Of a stretch of 64,000 nt of DNA, positions 1 through 8,322 are shown one piece after another. The first letter of the stretch is position 1. The number at the start of each line of letters is the position of its first letter. The notes beneath the pieces were generated by a model that made no database searches, was not told the DNA's origin, and saw only the letters and a list, made by a program, of their open reading frames with translations. Position numbers and translations under genes: made by a program. The DNA comes from Spirochaetota bacterium (lineage in GTDB: Bacteria; Spirochaetota; UBA4802; JAFGDQ01): the NCBI GenBank assembly GCA_016934735.1, contig JAFGSG010000063.1, positions 33,361 through 97,360 of the forward strand, read 5' to 3'.

Positions 1-1
1 C

Positions 2-2335
2 AATCCTATACAGACAGTGGTAGTGGACAGAAACGGCAGAATAATAGAGTTCAATAAGGCAAAGGAAACATCCGGGGACAGAATGCCTCAAATAGGGAAT
101 ATAATGTATAAAGAATATGCCGCGCATCATAAGAACGATATGCATAAAGAGCTTATGGAATGCATTACATCCGGGGAAATGCGCGAATATCCCGAGCAGA
201 TCTACAGAGATAAAATTCTGTCCATTAAAATATCCCCATTCGAAGAAGGCGCTATTATCACAACACAGGATATCACTTTGCAAAAAAAAGCCGAAGAGGA
301 ACTTAGAAAAAGCGAAGTAAAATTCAGATTTATAACAGATAACATGCTTGATCTTGTTTCCATGTGCGACAGTGAAGACAGAATGACCTTTAAAAGCCCT
401 TCGCACGAACGGATATTAGGCTATAAAAACAACGAAATCCTTGGAAGAAAAATATATGAGGACGTTTATCCCGACGACGTTGCCGGGTTTAAAGAAAAAA
501 TTCAACTTTTAAAACACAGTTCAAAACCGGACTCCGCGATATACAGGCACAGGCATAATGACGGACATTATATCTGGCTTGAAACATACGGGCACGGCAT
601 TTTTACTCCTGAAAACGAATATATAGGTTCTATATTCTGTTCAAGGGATATTACTGCCCGGAAAAACGCGGAAGAAAAAATAGAACATCTGAATGAACTG
701 CTCTATGCAATAAAAAACGTGGATCAGCTTATTGCTCATGAAAAAAACATAAACAGGCTTCTACAGAGCATCTGCGACTGTCTTATCCAGTCAAGAGGGC
801 ACATGAACGCATGGATAGCATGTGCTGATTCAGGAGACAATATCATTGTAGCGTCTGCCCCGCAATTCAATAGCAAATCTTCAGCCTTTTTTAAAACGCA
901 AAAAAACATCAACTCCTTAAAATGCTTTAACTTAATCAAAGACAACTCTGGAATTGCAATCATCGGCGATATAGCATATTGCGAAGAATGCAGGCTGGTG
1001 GAACAGGACCAGACTGCCGATAGAATGGTTATCAGGCTTGAATACAATAATAAAATATACGGCCTTATGAATGTGGGCGTACTCCCGGAGTTTATACACG
1101 AAGAACAGGAAAAATCACTCTTGGAAGAAGTTGCAGGAGAAATAGCGTTTTGTTTATACAACAGCGAACTTGAAAAAGAAAAAAAAGAACTGCAAAAACA
1201 GCTCTACAGATCAGCCAGGCTTTCCGCTGTGGGGCAGCTTGCCGCAGGAATAGCACATGAATTCAACAACATGCTTTCCGTGATCCTTGGACATACGCAG
1301 CTTTCGCTGGAAGAAGATTCAATTGACGAGATTAAACAATCTTTAAAAGAGATAGAAAAAACAACTAAACGCGGAAGCGGTATTGTAACCAAACTGGCAG
1401 CGTTTGCAAAACCGAAAGAACCTGACTTCAAAAATCAGGACATCCACAGAATTATAGACGAAGTTATTTCATTGCAAAAGAAACAGCTGCATCTGGATTC
1501 CATTATTGTTGAAACAAAATACAATTCAAAGTCAAAAATATCCATGGACCGCGGCCAGATGGAGCAGGTATTTTTAAATCTACTAATAAATTCCATTCAT
1601 GCTATTAAGCCGAAAAGCAGAGGAAAGATAGTAATTACAACTGCTGACATAAACGGAGAAGTAGAAATCCGCTTTTCCGACAATGGAATAGGCATGGACA
1701 AAGAAGTAAAATCAAAGGTTTTTGATCCTTTTTTCACGACAAAAGGCGCGTGGGCCAAAGACGGCCTTGGAATATCCGGAACCGGCCTGGGACTTCCAAT
1801 TACCCATTCCATTATTAAACAGCATAATGGTACAATTACGGTCAAGAGCCAGAAAAACAAAGGCACAACCTTTATTATTTCACTGCCCATTGATATATCC
1901 AGCAGAGTTGCAGAAGAAATACCTGCTTATAATATTCCCAAACAGGATATTGAAAAAATGAAAAGAATGCGTATTCTTCTTGTTGATGACGAATATGAAA
2001 TGACCGATATATTTAAACATCTTTTTAAAAAGGCCGAATTTCAGAATTTCAAGACAGAAAACAACGGGGAAAAGGTTGTGTCTATTTTTAAAGAATTTAA
2101 GCCTGATATTGTCTTTCTTGATATTATTATGCCGCAAATGAACGGAGAAAAAATTTTTAAGGAGATCAAAACTCTCGATAATACTACCCCTATAGTATTC
2201 ATGAGCGGTAAAGTCGATTTTGAAAAAGACGCATACATTGAAAACGGTGCATTCGACTACATTCAAAAACCTTTTGAAATAAACCAAATATATACCATCC
2301 TTAACAAAATCAGAAAGACTGGAGACCAAAACTAA
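2..2335 (+). CDS. Hybrid sensor histidine kinase (PAS-PAS-GAF-HisKA-HATPase_c-REC). Probably 5'-truncated by the window edge: the track start at 17 is GTG and the frame is open to position 2.
   Basis: H-box ARLSAVGQLAAGIAHEFNNMLSVILGH. ATP-lid motifs DNGIGM, FDPFFTTKG, GTGLGLPITHSII. C-terminal receiver RILLVDDEYEM...FLDIIMP with the conserved Asp. Confidence 0.85.
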   Translation, partial: NPIQTVVVDRNGRIIEFNKAKETSGDRMPQIGNIMYKEYAAHHKNDMHKELMECITSGEMREYPEQIYRDKILSIKISPFEEGAIITTQDITLQKKAEEELRKSEVKFRFITDNMLDLVSMCDSEDRMTFKSPSHERILGYKNNEILGRKIYEDVYPDDVAGFKEKIQLLKHSSKPDSAIYRHRHNDGHYIWLETYGHGIFTPENEYIGSIFCSRDITARKNAEEKIEHLNELLYAIKNVDQLIAHEKNINRLLQSICDCLIQSRGHMNAWIACADSGDNIIVASAPQFNSKSSAFFKTQKNINSLKCFNLIKDNSGIAIIGDIAYCEECRLVEQDQTADRMVIRLEYNNKIYGLMNVGVLPEFIHEEQEKSLLEEVAGEIAFCLYNSELEKEKKELQKQLYRSARLSAVGQLAAGIAHEFNNMLSVILGHTQLSLEEDSIDEIKQSLKEIEKTTKRGSGIVTKLAAFAKPKEPDFKNQDIHRIIDEVISLQKKQLHLDSIIVETKYNSKSKISMDRGQMEQVFLNLLINSIHAIKPKSRGKIVITTADINGEVEIRFSDNGIGMDKEVKSKVFDPFFTTKGAWAKDGLGISGTGLGLPITHSIIKQHNGTITVKSQKNKGTTFIISLPIDISSRVAEEIPAYNIPKQDIEKMKRMRILLVDDEYEMTDIFKHLFKKAEFQNFKTENNGEKVVSIFKEFKPDIVFLDIIMPQMNGEKIFKEIKTLDNTTPIVFMSGKVDFEKDAYIENGAFDYIQKPFEINQIYTILNKIRKTGDQN

Positions 2336-2612
2336 CGATTTCGCGGTATTTTAAAAAATACCATACTAACACAACAAATTCATTGCTTAACACTGTAAAC
2401 TATATTGCGTTAATTTATAAATTTTAGTATTAAAATTTATAAATACTTGACAAAGAAATAATTCGTATTTATTTTTGTTCTCATTAAATTAATAGAAAAT
2501 ACTATTTTTATTATTTTGTTGCTTTTTTCGCGATTATTTTTAATATGCCGTTTATCAGCAAGCTTTAATTAAGCGAAGACTCACTATTTTCCCATAGGGG
2601 ACACGTTTTACC

Positions 2613-3950
2613 ATGAGAAATAAATGTGCTGATGCATACCAGGAAGTTCTCTCCACAGGCCGTCTAAACTCCGACAACTACACCTTGGCAGATTTTTACA
2701 CTATAGACAGCGATGACATTTTTACCAAGACTGTACCGTATTATGAATACGTCAAAGATTATAAAGAAAAAAAATACTATTCATATCAACGGCAGCTTGT
2801 TTCTGCATGCAATCATAGAGTAAAAGTGAAAGATCCATGGACCGGTGAAATAAAAGAAATGATAATGATGGGTTCTAATAACTATCTGGGTCTCATCACT
2901 CATCCAAAAGTTGTGGAAGCAGGCATTAATGCATATCAGCGGTATGGTTCCGGCGCAAGTTCCGCACCTCTTTTAAGCGGCACTTATGACATTACCCGTG
3001 AACTCGAGTTAAAGTTAGCAAAGTTTAAAGGCACTGAGGACGCGCTTGTTTTCTCAACCGGTTATTCCGCAAATGTTGGCACTATAAGCGCTCTGCTTAG
3101 GCCCGGTGATGTGGCCATAATAGACAAACTTGATCATGCAAGCATTATTGACGGGTGCAGGCTTTCCGGAGCAGATTTGCGGACATTCAAACACCAGGAT
3201 ATTGACAGCCTTGAAAAATGTCTTGAAACATGCAAAGACAAATATAAAGGAAAACTAATAATAGTCGACGGTGTTTATAGCATGGATGGTGACATTTGCC
3301 CTCTACCCGAAATAAAAAAAATGTCTGATAAATATGATGCTAGACTTATGGTTGATGATGCTCATGCGACCGGCGTTATAGGACTGTACGGGAAAGGTAC
3401 GGCTGAATATTTCAACATGGAAGATCATGTCGATTTGATCTTAGGCACTTTCAGTAAAACTCTCGGGGCTGTCGGAGGCTTTGTTGCCGCTTCAACAAAA
3501 GTAATAAATTATTTACGTTTTTACAGCCGTTCGTATTTCTTTTCTGCAGCTCTACCACCAAACATTTGTGCAACTGTGAAAGCAGCGATCGAAGTTATTG
3601 AAGAACAACCGGAACTTATTCAACAATTGCATAATAATGTTGAATATCTTCATAGCAAGTTGAAGAATCTTGGATTGCGTGTTACTCCTCCCGGAACCGG
3701 AATAATAACGGTCATTCTTAATGATGAAGTAACACTCCGAAAAATGAGCAAAGTAATCCATGAAAAAGGCCTTTTCATTAATCCTTTACCATTTCCGTCA
3801 GTGCCAAGAGGCGAACCGCGCTTTAAATTAAGTTTAATGGCTACGCATACGCAGGAAGCTTTAGACGAAGCAGCGAATATATTTGAAGAAGCGTGTAATG
3901 AATTTGATATTATAGAGTCCAAAGTTTATGCAATGTTAGCATCTGTTTGA
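2613..3950 (+). CDS. PLP-dependent alpha-oxoamine synthase family acyltransferase (BioF/KBL/serine palmitoyltransferase/CqsA-like), with an N-terminal extension of about 70 aa.
   Basis: GSNNYLGL glycine-rich motif. DDAHATGV. PLP-lysine motif GTFSKTLGAVGG. Length 445 aa. RBS agggga upstream. Confidence 0.85.
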   Translation: MRNKCADAYQEVLSTGRLNSDNYTLADFYTIDSDDIFTKTVPYYEYVKDYKEKKYYSYQRQLVSACNHRVKVKDPWTGEIKEMIMMGSNNYLGLITHPKVVEAGINAYQRYGSGASSAPLLSGTYDITRELELKLAKFKGTEDALVFSTGYSANVGTISALLRPGDVAIIDKLDHASIIDGCRLSGADLRTFKHQDIDSLEKCLETCKDKYKGKLIIVDGVYSMDGDICPLPEIKKMSDKYDARLMVDDAHATGVIGLYGKGTAEYFNMEDHVDLILGTFSKTLGAVGGFVAASTKVINYLRFYSRSYFFSAALPPNICATVKAAIEVIEEQPELIQQLHNNVEYLHSKLKNLGLRVTPPGTGIITVILNDEVTLRKMSKVIHEKGLFINPLPFPSVPRGEPRFKLSLMATHTQEALDEAANIFEEACNEFDIIESKVYAMLASV

Positions 3951-3960
3951 ATAATCCTTT

Positions 3961-5364
3961 ATGTATAAAAAAAACTCCAGTGATTTTTCAGCAGACTTTA
4001 TAATTATTGGTTCAGGTTTAGGTGGTCTTATTACCGCTGCATATCTAGCACGTGCAAAATACCGTGTACTAGTTCTTGAAAAAAATAGTGAAATAGGCGG
4101 TAAATGCGCAACACGTACGATAAATGGCTATAGATATGTCATCGGGGCAAATGGTTTCGGAAGCAGAACGGCTAGTATTTTACAAAATTTTGGAATCAAT
4201 ATAAAATGGATTCCAGCTTCATTTCATATCTATGGAAAAAATGGTTCCCTTAAATTTCCCTTCACATTTTTATCTTTCAAAGAACTTAAAACATTTGGAA
4301 TGAATTATTATTCAATTTTAAAAATGTGTGCTAAACTTGGTAAAACGATACTGTTGCCAAGTTTAGCAGGTAAAACATACCGTAATTATATCGATTATTT
4401 AATCGATGAGCCGGATGCAAAAGAGTTATTGTTCCTTGAAGCATGGTATGTCGGATCACATCCCGATTGGTTGTCTGCCTCTGCTTTAAAATTCTTTATG
4501 GGTACCTTCTATGGATTTAATAAACCTATTTATCCATTAAGTGGAGCGCAGGCTATTCCGATAGCACTTTCAGACTACATCAAAATTCATGGAGGTACTG
4601 TATTAACCAAACAGAATGTTACAAAAATTGGCATCGAAAATGGTACAGCAAAAGTAGTTCAGGTTGGTAGAGATTGGTTCTCTGCAAAATATGCAATAAT
4701 CAGCAATGCAGAAACTGCTCAAACACTTTCCATGCTTAACGATAAGAAGGAAATATTTCCAATAAAAAATAATTATTTATCTCCGAAAAGTGCATTCTCA
4801 TTTGCATTATTACTTTTGTCTTTAGATGCTAATAAAGCCCCTAAAACAATCGCTAATCCAAATCCTTCTCTAGAGACCAACTCTCCATTGCTTATCAGGC
4901 CTATATGTGAAATCATTGGTGAGCTAGAAAAAGGGGAAATCAACAATTCTCCGGTTTGTAATCTCGTGTTATCAGATCTTAAAGCGCAATTGATGAGTGG
5001 CGCCCGACTAACACATCTGCCTGTTCATGTATCAATTCTTTGGCCTCAAAAGCTGCAAAAAAAATTAAATCTTAAATCCCTAACTCAATCTATTTTAATA
5101 GAGATAAATAAACGATATCCAGGCTTTGCTGATGCAGTTACATCTTCCCAATGGTTAACCCCAACAGATTATAAAAAACGCTTTGATTTCTCAAGCAATC
5201 CAGCACCGATCCTTGAAACACCAACTTATACTAAACAATCTTGGAAATTGCCAGTAAATGGTCTTTATAATGTAGGTGCAACTGTTTTACCTTCAGGATC
5301 TCATACAGGAACAGCGATTGAATCAGGTCGCTTATGCGCTAAAGATATTTTAAATTACATCTAA
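3961..5364 (+). CDS. FAD/NAD(P)-binding oxidoreductase, phytoene-desaturase / amine-oxidase superfamily.
   Basis: N-terminal Rossmann dinucleotide motif IIIGSGLGGLITAAYLA...VLVLEKNSEIGGK. About 467 aa, as in the CrtI-like family. Starts 10 nt after the AOS stop, so likely co-transcribed. Confidence 0.7.
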   Translation: MYKKNSSDFSADFIIIGSGLGGLITAAYLARAKYRVLVLEKNSEIGGKCATRTINGYRYVIGANGFGSRTASILQNFGINIKWIPASFHIYGKNGSLKFPFTFLSFKELKTFGMNYYSILKMCAKLGKTILLPSLAGKTYRNYIDYLIDEPDAKELLFLEAWYVGSHPDWLSASALKFFMGTFYGFNKPIYPLSGAQAIPIALSDYIKIHGGTVLTKQNVTKIGIENGTAKVVQVGRDWFSAKYAIISNAETAQTLSMLNDKKEIFPIKNNYLSPKSAFSFALLLLSLDANKAPKTIANPNPSLETNSPLLIRPICEIIGELEKGEINNSPVCNLVLSDLKAQLMSGARLTHLPVHVSILWPQKLQKKLNLKSLTQSILIEINKRYPGFADAVTSSQWLTPTDYKKRFDFSSNPAPILETPTYTKQSWKLPVNGLYNVGATVLPSGSHTGTAIESGRLCAKDILNYI

Positions 5365-5419
5365 GTTAGCTTTTTATTTTTTTTCTCTAGTACCATTTAA
5401 TATCAAAAGGATAAAGGCC

Positions 5420-6589
5420 ATGCATGTAAAAGTATATAATAGCATTACAGAAATAGACGAAGAAAAATGGAATGCATTAATAGGGAGAAATCGCATTATC
5501 TGTTCTTTCAAATTTTTACTAGCTGTTGAAAAATCTCATATAAACGATTGTGAATATTACTATCCCGTTGTTTACGAAAATAATCAAATAATAGCTCATG
5601 CATGCACATATTCAATCACTACAGATTTGGATACACTTGCAAAAGGTATAAGTAAAAAAATAATTCAACTAATTCGCTTCTTCTGGAAAAATTTTTTAAA
5701 AATTAAATTTTTAGAGTGTGGTACACCAATAGCAATTGGAAATACAATATCTTTTGCTGAAAATATCGATAAAAAAAAAGCATTAAACATACTAGTGGAT
5801 TGTGTAGAGAAAATCGCAAATAACAGACGTTTAAATATTATTCTTTTCAGAGATTTTTACGAGGATGAAATTAACTTTTTTAACGATTTAAACAAAAAAA
5901 AATATAAAAAAGTAAATAATCTTCCTAATGCAATTCTTAAAGTAAAATGGAATAGTTTTGATGAATATATAAATGATCTCAGAAGTCATTATAGATATAA
6001 ATTTAATAAATATTTAAATAAAATAAAACAGGAAAAAATAAAAGTTGAATTATGTAATGATTTTATAGATATCGCTGAAAATCTTCAAACCTTATGGCAA
6101 AATGTTTATGATAATGCGAAAGAATACAAGAGAGAAATTCTTACAAAAGATTTTTTCATTTATTTGAATTCATATTTAAAAAATAAAGCAAAAATTATAT
6201 TATTGAAAAAAGATTTAAAAATTATCGGATTTGCATTATTATTAATCGATAATGATATCTTAAGGTTTATGTTTTCAGGAATTGATTATAAGTATAACAT
6301 TGAGCACTCTACATATTTTAATTCTCTTTTGTGTATTGTTAATCAAGCAATTATTGAACAAAAAAAAGAAATAGATATTGGCCTTACAACCTACATTCCG
6401 AAAATGAATGTTGGTGCAAAAATCGTAAATTTATATATGTATATAAAACACACAAACAGACTGCTTAATCCATTAATAACCAACCTCTTTACTATCATGA
6501 ATCCAAAAATAGAAATAAAAACAAATAATGTCTTTAAAGAAAAAATTGAAAATAAATTTGCAAAAAAATATTCGTTAATACATAATTAA
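5420..6589 (+). CDS. FemAB-like GNAT acyltransferase (Acetyltransf_6 / BioF2-associated family).
   Basis: About 390 aa. N-terminal EEKWNALI motif and overall layout typical of the FemAB-like GNAT family that is repeatedly found next to or fused with BioF2-like AOS genes. Extremely AT-rich and K/N/I-rich. Confidence 0.55.
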   Translation: MHVKVYNSITEIDEEKWNALIGRNRIICSFKFLLAVEKSHINDCEYYYPVVYENNQIIAHACTYSITTDLDTLAKGISKKIIQLIRFFWKNFLKIKFLECGTPIAIGNTISFAENIDKKKALNILVDCVEKIANNRRLNIILFRDFYEDEINFFNDLNKKKYKKVNNLPNAILKVKWNSFDEYINDLRSHYRYKFNKYLNKIKQEKIKVELCNDFIDIAENLQTLWQNVYDNAKEYKREILTKDFFIYLNSYLKNKAKIILLKKDLKIIGFALLLIDNDILRFMFSGIDYKYNIEHSTYFNSLLCIVNQAIIEQKKEIDIGLTTYIPKMNVGAKIVNLYMYIKHTNRLLNPLITNLFTIMNPKIEIKTNNVFKEKIENKFAKKYSLIHN

Positions 6590-6641
6590 TATAGTCTTAT
6601 AAAAATTACTTAATTATAATGGTTTTTCCGATAAAGATGTA

Positions 6642-8291
6642 ATGATAAATCCATTAAATACAAAAATGGAGCTCAGTGTTCGAGCTACCCATACTTTTTT
6701 TTTGGCTTTTGAAAAGCAATATGGGAAAAGTGAACTGACCAAACTTATTGATGGAACCGGAATGTCTTTGGATTACTTTGATGACGAAAATAACTGGATA
6801 TCATATGATTATTTCTGCCATGTATTAGATAAAATAGTTGATATTTCAGGTGATCCGAATTATGCATATAAACTTGGATTAACAGCAGCTAAAAGTAATA
6901 GCTGGGGACTAATAAAACTAATAATTACAACTTTTGTTAGCTGTACATATACATATAAAAAAGTAATCTCATTAAGTCCGAGATGGGCAAAAAGCGGGAA
7001 ATTTAACTTTTTAAAAATTAAAAAAAATAAGGCAACACTTGAATATAAATTACGAGAAGATTTAAAACAATATAAAAATAATTGTCTTAGCATACAAGGC
7101 CAATTAGCGTCTATCCCTACTTATTATAATCTCCCCCCTGCAAAAATACGCGAACTCCAATGCGCAGCAGATGGAGCAGATTCGTGCATTTACGAAATCA
7201 GCTGGAAAAATCCACCATATAAAAAAATGGGTTTTTATTTTTTTTTAGCAGGAATTGCATTCTCTATACTACTATATTATTTATACCGACATTCATTCAT
7301 TTCATTATCATTTATTCATGCACTGGTATTTATTATTATCCCGGCAGCAGGTTATTCAATATGGAAGCTGATAAACGATAAAGAAACAATTAAGGATAAT
7401 TATAAAAAAATTGAACAACAAAACGAAGTGCTTACAAAACACCTTGAAGAAATTGAAAAGCTTAACGAGATACTTCAAAACAAAGTTGAAGAAAAAACCA
7501 ATGAACTTCTGGCAAGCAATGACGATTTAAGAATGAAGATAACCGACCTTAAAAACAACGAGGATGAATTAATCAGATCGGGTAAAATGTCAATAATTGG
7601 GAAAATTTCCGAGGAAGTTGCGGATAAATTAAAAAAGCCTCTGAATAAAGTGCATAAAATACTGGCAGATGTAACAGGTAAAACTCACGAAGACACCATA
7701 AAGAGCAGTCTTACAGGCGCGCAAAGAGCAGCAGACAGATGTGAAAAAACGCTCAACGAACTTCTATCCTTTTCACATATCGGGAATAATTTATCTGTTC
7801 ATGGAGTAGATGTAAATAAATTAATCGAAGAGTGCGCGAATAAAGCAAATGAACAAATATCCAATCCGGATATCAAAATATGTACAAAATTTACAAATGA
7901 TCTGCCTATAATTTCGGCAGATTATAAGCAGATAGAACAAATTATAATGATTTTTATAACAAACGCTAATGACGCAATTAACGAGGCCTTAAAAAATAGC
8001 AATAAGAAAGAAGGTGAAATCTCAATACAGACATCCTTTCAGGACAATAATATCCTCATTGAAATTAAAGACACTGGATCCGGAATCCCCAACGAGGTAA
8101 TAAAAAAAATATTTGATCCATTTTTCTCCACAAAAAGTACGAGCAAAAGAAAAGGCATGGGCCTTACATTAAGCTATAACTATATTAAACAGCTTGGCGG
8201 AAAAATTGACGTAAAAAGCGATGAAGGCAAAGGTACTACATTTACAATTGCTTTTCCGGTAACGGAAAATAATAATACTTTTATTAAGTAA
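6642..8291 (+). CDS. Membrane-anchored histidine-kinase-like protein with a cytoplasmic XylR-A/V4R-like sensor domain. The phosphoacceptor His is replaced by Asp; the ATP-binding domain is intact.
   Basis: N-terminal ~195 aa ends ...NNCLSIQGQLASIPTYYNLPPAKIRELQCAADGADSCIYEISW, a V4R-like Cys motif. Two TM helices (FYFFLAGIAFSILLYYLY / ALVFIIIPAAGYSIW). DHp helix GKISEEVADKLKKPL aligns gaplessly with the paralog's AGVAHEINNPM. N-box NANDAI, G1 DTGSGI and G2 GMGLTL are present. Confidence 0.75.
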   Translation: MINPLNTKMELSVRATHTFFLAFEKQYGKSELTKLIDGTGMSLDYFDDENNWISYDYFCHVLDKIVDISGDPNYAYKLGLTAAKSNSWGLIKLIITTFVSCTYTYKKVISLSPRWAKSGKFNFLKIKKNKATLEYKLREDLKQYKNNCLSIQGQLASIPTYYNLPPAKIRELQCAADGADSCIYEISWKNPPYKKMGFYFFLAGIAFSILLYYLYRHSFISLSFIHALVFIIIPAAGYSIWKLINDKETIKDNYKKIEQQNEVLTKHLEEIEKLNEILQNKVEEKTNELLASNDDLRMKITDLKNNEDELIRSGKMSIIGKISEEVADKLKKPLNKVHKILADVTGKTHEDTIKSSLTGAQRAADRCEKTLNELLSFSHIGNNLSVHGVDVNKLIEECANKANEQISNPDIKICTKFTNDLPIISADYKQIEQIIMIFITNANDAINEALKNSNKKEGEISIQTSFQDNNILIEIKDTGSGIPNEVIKKIFDPFFSTKSTSKRKGMGLTLSYNYIKQLGGKIDVKSDEGKGTTFTIAFPVTENNNTFIK

Positions 8292-8322
8292 TTTTTTAAA
8301 ATTACGAAAAAATAGCAATTAT

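Noticed and set aside
6693-6703. Homopolymeric T/A tracts (T9 near 6695; A8-A9 tracts near 5041, 5772, 5890, 7243) inside coding sequences. They could be slipped-strand phase-variation sites.
   Set aside because: Such tracts are expected at this AT content and encode ordinary Phe/Lys runs; there is no evidence of contingency-locus organisation. My hand-read positions are +/- a few nt.
6642-7230. Assigning the kinase N-terminal sensor as a haem-binding H-NOX domain.
   Set aside because: The proximal His and the Y-x-S-x-R haem-propionate motif are not recognisable (RYSKV / YKLRE do not fit). The C-terminal Cys-rich motif fits V4R better, so it is reported as V4R/XylR-A-like with H-NOX only as a distant fold relative.
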